NCBI GenBank assembly: GCA_026981655.1
Contig: JALSIJ010000131.1
Span: 3,217 to 67,216 of the forward strand
Source of the DNA: Rhizobiaceae bacterium
Lineage (GTDB): Bacteria > Pseudomonadota > Alphaproteobacteria > Rhizobiales > Rhizobiaceae
Length of the DNA stretch: 64,000 bases
Reading direction: 5' to 3'
Made by a program: the position numbers and the translations under genes. The notes beneath the pieces are model-generated. The model saw only the letters and a list, made by a program, of their open reading frames with translations, searched no databases and was not told the DNA's origin. Shown here piece after piece: positions 1 to 10,614 of the stretch. Each line of letters begins with the position of its first letter. Within the stretch, counting starts at the first letter, position 1.

Positions 1-2
1 TA

Positions 3-1277
3 TTATTTAAAACCATAGGCAATTGTGAGTGCCAACCCTTGCCAGAACCACAGCAAAATGGCGGTGGATAGCATCATCAAGGCAAAGGGCCACGCGCCTT
101 TGACCACTTCTTCCAGCCGTGCTTTGCCAACTGCTTGAATGATGAAAAGGTTTAGCCCCACGGGCGGGGTGATAAGGGCGGTTTCAATCAGCACTACGAA
201 GAATATGCCGAACCAAATCGGGTCAATACCAACCATTTGCAGGGCCGGGAAAAGCACCGGCACCATGATCAGCAACATGGAGAGTGATTCCAGAAAAAAC
301 CCGATGATCAGCAATACGATACCGACGGCTAACATAAACATTGTTGGGTCGGTGATGTTGCTGGTCAGCAATTCTGAAATATCCTGCGGAATTTGATAAA
401 GCGTAATCGCATAGGAAAACACTTTGGCACCGGCGATGATGAGGAAAATCATCGTTGTGGTTTTCATCGAATCATACGTGGCGTCTTTGAGCTTTTGCCA
501 ATTCATCCGCCCCATAGCAAAAGTTATGATGATGGCCAGAACAAAGCCAACACCGGCGCTTTCAGATGGGGTGGCGATACCCAGATAAATTGAACCAATT
601 ATGGCGACTGCGAGCCCGACGGTCGGCAGGGCCATAAGACTTGCTTTGCGCCTTACCTGCCAGCTGGCTTTTTCAAGATTTTGCTGTGTTCCCTTTACGC
701 GGGCATAGATGATTGAATAGATAATAAAAACACTGGCTAAAAACAAGCCGGGACCGATGCCCGCCAGAAACAGTGTCGGTATCGAGACTTCGGTTATTAT
801 GCCGTAAATAATCAGCGGGATTGAGGGTGGAATGAGAATGCCCAAGGTGCCACCGGCCGCAAGCAGGCCCAAAACAAAGGGGCGGTCATAGCCGCGCTTG
901 GTCATTTCAGGAATGGCCACAGTGCCAATGGTTGCTGCGGTTGCAACCGAGGAGCCTGAAACGGCTGAAAACATGCCGCAGGACAAGATCGTCGCAACGC
1001 CCAACCCGCCTGGCCAATGGCCGACCCAGCTTTGCACGGCTGCGAACAAATCGCGCCCGACATTGCCTTTCAATAGCACGTTTGACATCAAAAGGAACAT
1101 AGGCACAGCCAGTAGCTCGAACGAATCCATCGTGCCATAGAGACGTTGCGGCACAGCGTTTAGCGGTAGGGGAAAATACCACAGCAGGAACACGCCGAGC
1201 GCGCCCATAGCAAAGGCCACCGGCACGCGTAATATTAACAGGGCCAATAAGGCCAATATGATGATGGCTGCAGTCAT
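3..1277 (-). CDS. dctM: TRAP transporter large permease subunit (DctM family)
   Basis: 424-aa polytopic hydrophobic ORF. It lies immediately downstream of DctQ- and DctP-like genes on the same strand with a 4-nt gap. The N-terminus is typical of DctM (MTAAIIILALLALLILRVPVAFAMG). Confidence 0.9.
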   Translation of the reverse strand: MTAAIIILALLALLILRVPVAFAMGALGVFLLWYFPLPLNAVPQRLYGTMDSFELLAVPMFLLMSNVLLKGNVGRDLFAAVQSWVGHWPGGLGVATILSCGMFSAVSGSSVATAATIGTVAIPEMTKRGYDRPFVLGLLAAGGTLGILIPPSIPLIIYGIITEVSIPTLFLAGIGPGLFLASVFIIYSIIYARVKGTQQNLEKASWQVRRKASLMALPTVGLAVAIIGSIYLGIATPSESAGVGFVLAIIITFAMGRMNWQKLKDATYDSMKTTTMIFLIIAGAKVFSYAITLYQIPQDISELLTSNITDPTMFMLAVGIVLLIIGFFLESLSMLLIMVPVLFPALQMVGIDPIWFGIFFVVLIETALITPPVGLNLFIIQAVGKARLEEVVKGAWPFALMMLSTAILLWFWQGLALTIAYGFK

Positions 1278-1281
1278 CTAT

Positions 1282-1821
1282 CTAGTGCGCCCCGTCCAGA
1301 ACATCTTTATCGGGAATACCGATTGTCCATACTTTGATGATTTCTGCAATTGCCTGTAAAAGCAACAGCCCGAAGCCTACCCATATGGAGGCATGGGTGA
1401 GCCATTTTGGCGTGCCAAGATAGCTATCGGTTGTGTGGCCTTTCAGCGTTGCTTTGAGCCATAGCTCGTAGCCGTACCATGCGGCGGCTGCACAAAATAT
1501 AATGATGACCAACAGCGAAAAAGTCTCGATTATCTTGCGTAAAGTCGACTTTGTGTCTCGAAAGGCAATATCGATGACAATCATTTCGCGGTGTTTTAGC
1601 GCAAAGCCGCCGGCAAGATAAGCGGCCCAAATTTGCGCAATGCGGGCGGTCTCGTCTACCCAGATTGTCGGGGCAGTAAACACATAACGCATGAAGACTT
1701 CATAGGTGATGATCAAACCCACAGCAAAAAAAATCCAGGCGGCAAAGCGGCCTGCAATCTCTGATAGTTGGTCAATGAATTTGATCATGGGTGCGATTAA
1801 TGACACCCCGCCAATTAGCAA
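1282..1821 (-). CDS. dctQ: TRAP transporter small permease subunit (DctQ family)
   Basis: 179-aa ORF with about four hydrophobic segments. It sits between the DctP-like and DctM-like genes. Confidence 0.85.
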   Translation of the reverse strand: MLIGGVSLIAPMIKFIDQLSEIAGRFAAWIFFAVGLIITYEVFMRYVFTAPTIWVDETARIAQIWAAYLAGGFALKHREMIVIDIAFRDTKSTLRKIIETFSLLVIIIFCAAAAWYGYELWLKATLKGHTTDSYLGTPKWLTHASIWVGFGLLLLQAIAEIIKVWTIGIPDKDVLDGAH

Positions 1822-1847
1822 TGACGGGGCGCTTTCGTTTGTTTGTC

Positions 1848-2837
1848 TTACAGGCCTTTGGCGGCTTCAATGGCTTTAACAGCAACGTCACCGCGCTCTT
1901 TAGCAAATTTGTCGACCACTGATTTGGTGGCTTCAACCCATACGGCGCGCTCTTCTGCGGTCAGTTCAACCACATTGATTTTATCGGCAACTTCTTTCAC
2001 CACAGCGGCTTCACCGCCATAGACTTCATCACGCAGTTGTTTTTCAACAATTGCAGCGGCCTTGGTGATGATTTCCTGGTTTTTGGCCGAAAGTGAATTG
2101 AAGAAGTCGTTATTCATAACGGCAACAAATTCAATTGCACTGTCATAGGAAAGGGTCATGTTGTCCATAACCTCAAAAAGCTTACGGCTTTTAACTGCAG
2201 AAGCACCGGTCATGCCCACATCAACGGCACCTTGCTGATAGGCAAGGAACTGTTTTGAACCCGACATAAGCGTTGGTGCGCCACCAAGGGCTTCAACTGT
2301 CCAGCCTAGAACCTTGCCATAGGTGCGGACTTTTTTGCCCTTCAAATCTGCGGGGGTGCGAATTGGCTCACCTTTGTTGAGATAGACATTACGGCCAAAT
2401 GCCTGCCACCACAAAACCTTGGCGCCGGTTTCTTTAACCACGGCCGCATCAAGAATGTTGCGCATGGTGGAACCGTTTGCAACGGCTGCGCGCAAATGGG
2501 CTTCATCACGGAAGAAGAATGGCAGGTTTATAATTTCAACCGCTGGTACGGAACCGGCAAAGCGGCCCAAAAATGCGGAACCAGCTTCAATTGCACCGGA
2601 TCCCACAGCTTCAGGAACCTGTTTGTCCTTGTAAAGCTGGGCGGATGGGAACAATTGCAATTTCAGATCGCCACCGGATTCTTTCTCGATGATTTCTTTA
2701 AAGGCAATCCAGTTTTTGCCCAATGAATGGGTTGCTGGTAATTGCAAAGTTACCTTGATGGTGGTTTCTGCCTGGGCTGCAATTGATGCGCCCAATATCA
2801 GAGCGCCGGCCAATGCTGTTTTGATTAATGATTTCAT
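1848..2837 (-). CDS. dctP: TRAP transporter substrate-binding protein (DctP family)
   Basis: 329-aa ORF with a signal peptide (MKSLIKTALAGALILGASIAAQA). It is the first gene of the TRAP triplet. Confidence 0.9.
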   Translation of the reverse strand: MKSLIKTALAGALILGASIAAQAETTIKVTLQLPATHSLGKNWIAFKEIIEKESGGDLKLQLFPSAQLYKDKQVPEAVGSGAIEAGSAFLGRFAGSVPAVEIINLPFFFRDEAHLRAAVANGSTMRNILDAAVVKETGAKVLWWQAFGRNVYLNKGEPIRTPADLKGKKVRTYGKVLGWTVEALGGAPTLMSGSKQFLAYQQGAVDVGMTGASAVKSRKLFEVMDNMTLSYDSAIEFVAVMNNDFFNSLSAKNQEIITKAAAIVEKQLRDEVYGGEAAVVKEVADKINVVELTAEERAVWVEATKSVVDKFAKERGDVAVKAIEAAKGL

Positions 2838-3090
2838 AATGTTCTCCCGGTTTAGTTTTGTTATAGGGTTTGGTTTTCTTATTTTATGTCAATAACACTG
2901 ACATTTATTCTGACTTTCGTCAAACCAGTTTGTAAATTGCTATAATTGCCTGTCATTGTAAATTGGGAAAATTGTAGCCGCTCAGATTAAAACGATATTG
3001 ATGCATCTGCGGCCTTTTTGAATGATCTCTCGACCTTGGCCGATCTTGTGGTATATGGTTGGCAAAATTACTGAAACAGGATCCGTTATC

Positions 3091-3696
3091 ATGGAAAAAT
3101 TCAACAAGTTGACCGGCGTTGCAGCCCCCCTGCCTATCATTAATGTTGATACGGATATGATTATTCCGAAAGACTATCTGAAAACAATTAAACGCACAGG
3201 TCTTGGCGAAGGCCTGTTTGCTGAAATGCGGTTTAATGAGGATGGGTCTGAGAACCCGGATTTCGTGCTTAATAAGCCAGCCTATCGCAAGGCGGAAATT
3301 CTGGTTGCCGGTGATAATTTTGGTTGTGGCTCCAGCCGTGAACATGCGCCGTGGGCGCTGCTTGATTTTGGCATTCGCTGCGTGATTTCAACCAGTTTTG
3401 CCGACATCTTTTATAATAATTGCTTCAAGAACGGTATTTTGCCGATTGTGGTTTCTGAAGATGAGTTGGAAAAACTGCTTGATGATGCAAGCCGTGGAGC
3501 GAATGCAACCTTGTCTGTTGATCTTGAGGCACAGGAAATCAAAGGCCCGGACGGGGGAACGATTTCATTTGATATTGATGAATTTAAGAAACATTGCCTG
3601 CTGAACGGGCTTGATGACATAGGGCTTACGATGGAAAAAGTTGCCAGCATTGATGCTTTTGAGGCCGAATTGGGCGACCGCCGCCCCTGGGTGTAA
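3091..3696 (+). CDS. leuD: 3-isopropylmalate dehydratase small subunit
   Basis: Carries the LeuD motif [18 protein letters not shown] place the start at the internal ATG at 3091 ([14 protein letters not shown]) rather than at the ORF-track start 3022. Confidence 0.93.
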   Translation: MEKFNKLTGVAAPLPIINVDTDMIIPKDYLKTIKRTGLGEGLFAEMRFNEDGSENPDFVLNKPAYRKAEILVAGDNFGCGSSREHAPWALLDFGIRCVISTSFADIFYNNCFKNGILPIVVSEDELEKLLDDASRGANATLSVDLEAQEIKGPDGGTISFDIDEFKKHCLLNGLDDIGLTMEKVASIDAFEAELGDRRPWV

Positions 3697-3716
3697 CTGA
3701 AAATCGCAGAACTTTT

Positions 3717-4118
3717 ATGAGCAATTCAAATCGAAAACTGATCTCAACCGGTTCGCCATTTGAAAAACAGGCGGGATATTCGCGCGCCGTTGCGATTGAA
3801 ACGCCGGATGTTCATTGGTGTTTTGTTGCCGGCACTACTGGATATGATTACCAGACAATGATCATGCCGGATGCGGTGAAAGATCAGGCGCGCAATTGTT
3901 TTGAAACCATCAAATCAGCCCTGAATGAGGCGGGTTTTTCGTTGAGCGATGTTGTGCGGGCAAATTATATTGTAACTAAAGCGCAATATGTTGATGATGT
4001 ATTTGCCATAATCGGTGAGTATTTTGGCGAGATCAGACCCGCTGCAACCATGATCCTTGCCGGATTGATTAAACCCGAAATGAAGATTGAAATTGAGGTC
4101 ACCGCCTATCGCGGATGA
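3717..4118 (+). CDS. RidA/YjgF/UK114 family protein
   Basis: 133-aa ORF of RidA-like length and pattern (GTTGYDY..., C-terminal KIEIEVTAY). It sits between leuD and leuB. Confidence 0.8.
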   Translation: MSNSNRKLISTGSPFEKQAGYSRAVAIETPDVHWCFVAGTTGYDYQTMIMPDAVKDQARNCFETIKSALNEAGFSLSDVVRANYIVTKAQYVDDVFAIIGEYFGEIRPAATMILAGLIKPEMKIEIEVTAYRG

Positions 4119-4155
4119 TCGACTTTAACCCTCCCAACCAACAAGGAAAAACCAG

Positions 4156-5268
4156 ATGGCAAGCCGTAAACTTTTTCTCCTGCCCGGTGATGGCATTGGC
4201 CCTGAATCTATGGCCGAAGTGCGAAAGCTCATTTCCTGGATGAATGACAACCTCTCCACCGGATTTGAAACCAGCGAAGGTCTGGTTGGTGGTGCTGCCT
4301 ATGATGACCACGGTCAGGCCATATCGGACGCGGATATGGAACAGGCAATGGCCGCCGATGCGGTGTTATTCGGTGCTGTTGGCGGGCCTAAATGGGATGA
4401 TGTTTCCTATGATGTGCGCCCGGAAGCCGGTCTTTTGCGGTTGCGCAAGGATATGGAGCTTTTTGCTAATCTGCGCCCGGCTATTTGTTACCCGGCACTG
4501 GCAAATTCATCGTCGCTGCGCCCGGAAGTGGTGGAGGGTCTTGATATTTTGATTATCCGCGAATTGACCGGCGGGGTTTATTTCGGCGAACCGAAGCAAA
4601 TCACCGATCTTGGTAATGGGCAAAAGCGAGCGGTTGATACGCAGGTATATGACACCTTTGAAATTGAGCGCATAACCCGCGTTGCCTTTGATCTGGCCAA
4701 AACTCGCAAGGGCAAGGTGACCTCAATGGAAAAACGCAATGTGATGATTTCCGGGGTGCTGTGGAACGAGGTCGTTACCAAGGTTCATGGCGAAGAATAT
4801 GCTGATCTGGAGCTGGAACACATGCTGGCCGATGCTGGCGGTATGCAGCTTGTGCGTTGGCCAAAACAGTTTGATGTGATTGTCACCGACAATCTGTTTG
4901 GCGATATGCTATCTGATGTGGCGGCAATGTTGACCGGCTCTCTTGGTATGTTGCCGTCGGCTTCACTTGGTGCGCCAGACCCAATTACCGGTGCGCGAAA
5001 AGCACTCTATGAGCCCGTGCATGGTTCTGCCCCTGATATTGCCGGCACCGGTGCGGCCAATCCGATTGCGATGATTGCTTCTTTTGCCATGTGCCTGCGC
5101 TATTCGTTCGATATGATTGATGCGGCCGACCGGTTGGAAAAAGCCATATCCAATGTGTTGGAAAAAGGCCTGCGTACCGCTGATATTATGTCAGACGGCA
5201 TGACCAAGGTCAGCACAAGCGAAATGGGCGATGCGGTGATTGCAGAATTCAGTTCGTTGTCCTTGTAA
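4156..5268 (+). CDS. leuB: 3-isopropylmalate dehydrogenase
   Basis: 370 aa. Contains [19 protein letters not shown] and the HGSAPDIAG motif. Confidence 0.95.
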   Translation: MASRKLFLLPGDGIGPESMAEVRKLISWMNDNLSTGFETSEGLVGGAAYDDHGQAISDADMEQAMAADAVLFGAVGGPKWDDVSYDVRPEAGLLRLRKDMELFANLRPAICYPALANSSSLRPEVVEGLDILIIRELTGGVYFGEPKQITDLGNGQKRAVDTQVYDTFEIERITRVAFDLAKTRKGKVTSMEKRNVMISGVLWNEVVTKVHGEEYADLELEHMLADAGGMQLVRWPKQFDVIVTDNLFGDMLSDVAAMLTGSLGMLPSASLGAPDPITGARKALYEPVHGSAPDIAGTGAANPIAMIASFAMCLRYSFDMIDAADRLEKAISNVLEKGLRTADIMSDGMTKVSTSEMGDAVIAEFSSLSL

Positions 5269-5270
5269 AT

Positions 5271-5430
5271 TGGCTTACGGCTTGCGCGATTCATAATTTG
5301 ATAGAATCGCTCAAAATTGTATTCGCTCACGGCTGCTAGAGGCGTTGCCTTGGCCTACGCGGGTGCGGTGCAATGCACCGGTTGCTCTGCGCGACTTGAG
5401 TGCTTCCATGTAAACATGAAAGACTCTAAT
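5271..5430 (-). repeat. Structured intergenic repeat, copy D (minus orientation)
   Basis: Fills the leuB-DUF1801 spacer. Core TTCGCTCACGGC at 5322-5333 is the reverse complement of GCCGTGAGCGAA. Hairpin CGGTGC-aat-GCACCG lies at 5366-5380. The 16-nt block at 5353-5368 is identical (reverse complement) to 51363-51378. A CTTCCATGTAAACATGAAAG hairpin lies at 5403-5422. Confidence 0.7.
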
Positions 5431-5432
5431 TC

Positions 5433-5834
5433 ATGCATCCGTTCAAAAACAAAGATGTTGACGATAAATACCAGGCGCTGCCTAAGGCGCTTGGTGAGAA
5501 GCTTTACGCTTTACGGGAAATGATCTTTGATCTTGCCTCATCCACCAAAGGGGTGGGCGAGATCGAGGAAAGTTTGAAATGGGATACACCTTCCTATCAA
5601 ACTATTCGCCCCAAAAGCGGCACGCCCATTCGGCTGGCTGCGATGGTTGATAAAAACCAATATGGGCTATATGTCCATTGCCAGACGACGTTGATTTCGG
5701 ACTTTCGGGAAATCTATCCCGATCAGTTTTCTTTTGAGAAAAACCGCGGCATTATTTTTAATCTCGATGATGAGATTGCCGAAGAAGAATTGCGCCACTG
5801 TATCTCAATGGCCCTGACATATTACTTGAAGTGA
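5433..5834 (+). CDS. DUF1801 (YdhG-like) domain protein
   Basis: 133-aa ORF. From memory the pattern (LKWDTPSYQT...GLYVHCQTT) resembles DUF1801 proteins. The function is unknown. Confidence 0.65.
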   Translation: MHPFKNKDVDDKYQALPKALGEKLYALREMIFDLASSTKGVGEIEESLKWDTPSYQTIRPKSGTPIRLAAMVDKNQYGLYVHCQTTLISDFREIYPDQFSFEKNRGIIFNLDDEIAEEELRHCISMALTYYLK

Positions 5835-5876
5835 TGGGGTTGGTGGTGAAAATGCCATCTAAAAGAACAGCTAAAC

Positions 5877-8093
5877 TTACAAAAAGCTCTGCGGATCAAT
5901 ATCAATTTGCACCCGGATATTACCACGGGCCTTTGGGGCGCGGGCGCTCCATTGGCGCAGGAATTCTTGCAAACCTGTTTGGCGTGATGCCTGCACCAGA
6001 ATGCGAAAACGATAGCGGCTTCGAACCAGAGCCATTGGTGCTTCTGCCGGGCCTAGCACCATGATTTCAGGATGGTTGGGGGCGGCGTTTCGAAATGCGC
6101 GCGCGTGATTTTCAGCCTCGCGACGATCTGTGCCGGAAATGATAATGCCTGCTAAACGGCCAAACGGGGGAAGGCCCGCCTGCTCGCGGGCAATAATTTC
6201 GCGGGCAATAAAAGCCTCGCTATCGCCCGATGCAATGGCTTTGATCACCGGATGGTCTGGCTGATAGGTTTGCAACAGGCCAAGGCTTTTGCCCCCGGCG
6301 CGCCCGGCACGTCCGGTCACCTGCGAAAGCAATTGGAATGTGCGCTCGGCGGCGCGTGGGTCTGCACTATTGAGGCCAATATCGGCATCGACCACGCCAA
6401 CAAGGGTCATCAGCGGGAAGTTATGTCCTTTGGCCACCAGTTGGGTGCCGATGACAATATCTGCTTCACCCTTGGCGATGGTTTCAAGTTCCAGCCGCAA
6501 CCGGGTAACACCGCCCATCATGTCGGATGATAAAAGGATGATGCGGGCATCTGGAAACAGTTTGTCAGTTTCCTCTGCCAACCGTTCAATGCCCGGCCCG
6601 CAGGCAACCAGATGATCGAGCGTGCCGCAGGAGGGGCAGGATTCTGGCTGGCGCTCGCTGTGGCCACAATGGTGGCATTGCAGGGTGCCGCGAAAGCGAT
6701 GTTCGACCAGCCAGGCGGTACAGTTTTTGCATTGGAAACGATGGCCACAAACCCGGCAAAGGGTGAGCGGTGCATAGCCACGGCGGTTGAGAAATAAAAG
6801 GCTTTGTTCTCCGCGTTCCAGATTGCGGGCCATTGCCCTGGTCAAGACGGGCGAGAGAAATGACCCGCGCGGCGGCGGGTTTTTGCGCATGTCTATTGCA
6901 TGCAGCTCCGGCAATACCGCGCCGCCGTGGCGAGCGCTTAGGATAATATGTTTATAGCGACCGCGTTCGGCATTTACCCGACTTTCAATCGACGGTGTGG
7001 CGGAAGCTAAGATAATTGGGATATTATTGATGGAGGCGCGCACCACCGCCATATCGCGGGCGTTATAAAACACCCGATCTTCCTGTTTGTAGGCGCTGTC
7101 ATGTTCCTCATCGACGATGATCAACCCAAGGTCTTTGAACGGCAGGAACAAAGCAGAGCGGGCGCCGGCAACGACCTGAACATCACCGGATGCGATTTGT
7201 CGCCAGATTTTCTCGCGCCGTTTCGGGTTCATACCCGAGTGCCATTCGCCCGGTAGCGTGCCAAAGCGCTGTTCAAAGCGTTCCAGAAATGTGGTGGTGA
7301 GGGCAATTTCCGGTAGCATAATCAACACCTGCTTATTCTGTCGAATAGCATCTGCAATGGCTTCGAAATAAACCTCGGTTTTGCCGGAACCAGTTACCCC
7401 ATCCAGCAGGGCGGCGCTGAACTTGTTTTCACCCATGATCGCGTGCAGCTGGTCGGCGGCCTCTGCCTGCTCGGGGTTTAACGTGCTGCCTGAATGTTCG
7501 GGGTCAGGGGGGTCGACCGCCAGCGGGGCGGGGATCATGACCTGCTCGAAAACATCGAGTTTGATCAATCCATTGACCACGGATGTGCTTACGCCCGCCG
7601 CATGGGCAAGGCCTGGGCGGGTCCAGGCCATTGGTGGTGCATCTGCGTCCAATATTTCCGTTGCAAGTTCGATCACCCGTTTGCGGGCAGCGGTCATTCG
7701 TTCCGGTGGCGGGCCTTTATAGCGCCATGCTTCGGTTGGCTTTTCCGGGTCAAAGGCGGCCGGCACACGCAAAATCATCCGTAAAACCTGCCCCGGTGGG
7801 GAAAGAGTGTATTGGGCAATCCATTCAGTGAATTTTCGAAGTTCCGGGCGTATGGGCGGGCAGTTAAATTTGCGAGTTACATCGCGTAGTTTTTTGGCAT
7901 CAACCTGGTCGCTCTCACCATCCCACACCACGGCTGTAACCTGCCTCGGGCCAAGTGGCACCTGCACAATATCACCGGGGCGAAGTTGCATATCAACGCC
8001 CGCGCGATAGGAATAGGCGCGTTCCGCCGGGATTGGCAGTAAAATGGGAACGATGGAGGCATTCTTGGTCAAATTGATTCCTTTTGCTATCAT
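5877..8093 (-). CDS. priA: Primosomal protein N' (replication restart helicase PriA)
   Basis: 738 aa. Has Walker A GVTGSGKTEVY, a DEEH box (IIVDEEHD) and a Cys-rich zinc-binding insert (CRVCGHRFQCKNCTAWLVEH...CHHCGH...CPSCG). Confidence 0.93.
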   Translation of the reverse strand: MIAKGINLTKNASIVPILLPIPAERAYSYRAGVDMQLRPGDIVQVPLGPRQVTAVVWDGESDQVDAKKLRDVTRKFNCPPIRPELRKFTEWIAQYTLSPPGQVLRMILRVPAAFDPEKPTEAWRYKGPPPERMTAARKRVIELATEILDADAPPMAWTRPGLAHAAGVSTSVVNGLIKLDVFEQVMIPAPLAVDPPDPEHSGSTLNPEQAEAADQLHAIMGENKFSAALLDGVTGSGKTEVYFEAIADAIRQNKQVLIMLPEIALTTTFLERFEQRFGTLPGEWHSGMNPKRREKIWRQIASGDVQVVAGARSALFLPFKDLGLIIVDEEHDSAYKQEDRVFYNARDMAVVRASINNIPIILASATPSIESRVNAERGRYKHIILSARHGGAVLPELHAIDMRKNPPPRGSFLSPVLTRAMARNLERGEQSLLFLNRRGYAPLTLCRVCGHRFQCKNCTAWLVEHRFRGTLQCHHCGHSERQPESCPSCGTLDHLVACGPGIERLAEETDKLFPDARIILLSSDMMGGVTRLRLELETIAKGEADIVIGTQLVAKGHNFPLMTLVGVVDADIGLNSADPRAAERTFQLLSQVTGRAGRAGGKSLGLLQTYQPDHPVIKAIASGDSEAFIAREIIAREQAGLPPFGRLAGIIISGTDRREAENHARAFRNAAPNHPEIMVLGPAEAPMALVRSRYRFRILVQASRQTGLQEFLRQWSARAPKARGNIRVQIDIDPQSFL

Positions 8094-8167
8094 TGCCGTT
8101 CATTTATGATAAAGGAAAGCCTGATTTATTGTTAAAAAAATCCGCCCCAGTTTCCAGGAAGTAAAAA

Positions 8168-8821
8168 ATGAAGTTCTTTATTGATACCGCCGATGTGGAT
8201 GAAATCCGTGAATGGAATTCAACCGGTTTGATTGATGGCGTTACAACCAATCCCTCGCTGATTTTAAAATCCGGCCGTCAGATTGATGAGGCTTTGGCTG
8301 AAATTTGTGCGATTGTTGATGGCCCGGTTTCTGGTGAAGTAACCGCAATCGATACGATAGGCATGATTTCGCAGGGAAAAACGCTTGCCAAGATCGCCGA
8401 TAATATCTGCATCAAATTGCCCCTTACAATGGACGGGCTGAAAGCCTGCAAAGCGCTGAGTGACGAGGGTTTTAAAACCAATGTTACGCTTTGCTTTTCA
8501 GCCAATCAGGCGCTTTTGGCAGCCAAGGCGGGTGCGACCTATATTTCGCCCTTCATCGGCCGGTTGGATGACATTAATATTGATGGCATGGAGCTGATAG
8601 AAGAAATTCGCGCTATCTATGACAATTATGGATTTGAAACTCAATTGCTGGCGGCATCTTTGCGCACCGCAAATCATGTGAAGGATTGCGCCATTGCCGG
8701 GGCTGATGTGGCGACCATTCCACCTTCTACGCTTGGTAAGCTTGTGGCCCATCCATTGACCGACAAGGGCTTGGCGGCATTTTTAGCGGATTGGGAAAAA
8801 ACCGGCCAATCTATAGGATAG
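8168..8821 (+). CDS. tal: Short-type transaldolase / fructose-6-phosphate aldolase family protein
   Basis: 217 aa with [13 protein letters not shown]...GVTTNPSLI. The ICIKLPLT segment contains the expected Schiff-base Lys context. Confidence 0.9.
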   Translation: MKFFIDTADVDEIREWNSTGLIDGVTTNPSLILKSGRQIDEALAEICAIVDGPVSGEVTAIDTIGMISQGKTLAKIADNICIKLPLTMDGLKACKALSDEGFKTNVTLCFSANQALLAAKAGATYISPFIGRLDDINIDGMELIEEIRAIYDNYGFETQLLAASLRTANHVKDCAIAGADVATIPPSTLGKLVAHPLTDKGLAAFLADWEKTGQSIG

Positions 8822-8857
8822 AGTTTTTTACCCTTCCCTGTTTGATTGACCGGTTTT

Positions 8858-8916
8858 GAAATCAGGTAGTGAGTACATGGGCTACCTGATTTTGGGGCTA
8901 CCTGATTGAGATCAGG
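8858..8916. terminator. Hairpin cluster between the convergent tal and RR-PP2C genes (probable bidirectional terminator)
   Basis: AAATCAGGTAG (8859-8869) pairs with CTACCTGATTT (8882-8892). A second copy, CTACCTGATT (8898-8907), is followed by a mini-hairpin CCTGAT-tgag-ATCAGG (8901-8916) that overlaps the stop codon at 8912-8914. Confidence 0.5.
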
Positions 8917-10195
8917 CTGCCTTCTTAGTCGTATCGGGATGGTTTTCGTTTGTTGCGGCCCAGGGGTTGATCAGCACACCGGATACATCATCGGTAAATT
9001 CGCTGTTTCCATGAACATTGCTCAATTTTTCAATCAGTTGGCCGGGAAATTTTGCCAGATTTATATTTGGCTGGGCGCTAAACATTTCACTCAATCCTTG
9101 CTCATCCCACAGCGAGCCATCGGGTTTTTCACATTCGGTTACCCCGTCAGAAAATAAGAATAATTGATCATTTTTCTCTAGGGTGAATTCGATTGAATCA
9201 TATTCGGCGAATGAGAACAGACCAACCGGCGCGCCGCCTTCACCGACAAAACGGGTCTTGCCACCGGGTTGCAGAACCAGCGGATTTGGGTGACCCGCCT
9301 GACACATTTTAACCTTGCCGGTGCTTCGATCAATGATTGCATATACCATAGTGAAATATTGGTCGGTCTCTGAATCGTCCTGATGACGGCGGTTTAGTTC
9401 CGCTACCAGTTCATGCGGTTCGCGAGTACGCATGGTCCCATCCGGCATCGACTCAAATGCAAGATTGCCCTGTTTTTCAAAGGGGGCCAATGATTGGGCA
9501 AGCATAACTGTTTTCAACGCTGCCGAAACACCATGACCGGAAACATCAATTGAATAAATACCAATTTCATTGTCAGAAACAGAAAAATATCCGACAAGGT
9601 CACCACCGATATAGGTGCAGGGTTTATAGATTGTGGCAATTTCCCACTGTTGAAACCGCTGATATTCCGGTGGAATGTAAACCTGCTGAAGTTTTGCGGC
9701 GGCTTTTAAATCGTCCTCCAGCTTTCCGTGGATCATGGTCAATTGCTTATGGGTACGGTCGAGTTGCTCATTGCGCGCCATCAGGCTTTGTTGCAGTTTC
9801 AATATTCGCAGGCCGGCAACCATTCTGGCATCCAGCTCCTCTTTGTGCAGGGGCTTGGAGAGAAAGTCATCTGCACCCGCATGCAGGCCGGTGGAGACAT
9901 CTGCCTTGTCGGATTTTGAAGTGAGCAAAATCAGATAGGTATTGCCATCGGGATAGGCTTGCCTGATCTTGCGGCAAAGCTCTGGCCCGGTCATACCCGG
10001 CATTATCCAATCGCTGATGATGAAGGGCGGTGGGCCGCTCTCATTTAACAGTTCAAGTGCTTCAAAACCATCTGCTGCGGTTTGAACCTCATAGCCGGAT
10101 TTTTTGAGCAGGGCTGAAAGAGTGATGCGTTGTGATTTTGAATCATCGACCAGCAGCACTTTTTTCAAGTAACTTTGTTGTTCCCGGGTTGTCAT
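8912..10195 (-). CDS. Response regulator receiver fused to a PP2C/SpoIIE-type serine phosphatase (RsbU-like)
   Basis: 427 aa. The receiver has VLLVDDSKSQR and IISDWIMPGMTG. The C-terminal half has PP2C-like motifs GGDLVGYF, IDVSGHGVSAAL and FLFSDGVTE. Confidence 0.88.
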   Translation of the reverse strand: MTTREQQSYLKKVLLVDDSKSQRITLSALLKKSGYEVQTAADGFEALELLNESGPPPFIISDWIMPGMTGPELCRKIRQAYPDGNTYLILLTSKSDKADVSTGLHAGADDFLSKPLHKEELDARMVAGLRILKLQQSLMARNEQLDRTHKQLTMIHGKLEDDLKAAAKLQQVYIPPEYQRFQQWEIATIYKPCTYIGGDLVGYFSVSDNEIGIYSIDVSGHGVSAALKTVMLAQSLAPFEKQGNLAFESMPDGTMRTREPHELVAELNRRHQDDSETDQYFTMVYAIIDRSTGKVKMCQAGHPNPLVLQPGGKTRFVGEGGAPVGLFSFAEYDSIEFTLEKNDQLFLFSDGVTECEKPDGSLWDEQGLSEMFSAQPNINLAKFPGQLIEKLSNVHGNSEFTDDVSGVLINPWAATNENHPDTTKKAA

Positions 10196-10614
10196 TTTAA
10201 ATCCTATCGAGGTTGTGATAAATAATTAATACACGTAATAATTTAATATGGGATAATGCTATTAAAGCCAGCTTTAACCAATTCTTTGGCGAAGAGTTAA
10301 CTTAATCTCTCTTGGGTTGTTGGTATGGTTTATGCAATTGGTGGTGGATACCAAGAACAACTTGATGAGATTTTTCTTTTCGGATTTGAGGACAGAATAC
10401 CTGAGCTGACGTTACCTCATTCAGATGCGCGCGAGTTTTTCTGACAATTATTTACGGCTGAATGGTCTCATATGCATGCTCGGTTACTCAACTTATAGGG
10501 GGTCAAAGTGTAAAATTTCTGAAATCGGGAATATAGTAGCAACCATTCATGAATCGTTAAATAAATACACTCAATAGTAGTACATATTATTTTCACTACT
10601 TAAAGGAACGATTC

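Noticed and set aside
2838-3090. The absence of leuC next to leuD might indicate a rearrangement or a novel dehydratase arrangement.
   Set aside because: Separation of leuC from leuD/leuB is, as far as I recall, common in Alphaproteobacteria. Nothing in the sequence suggests a disrupted gene.
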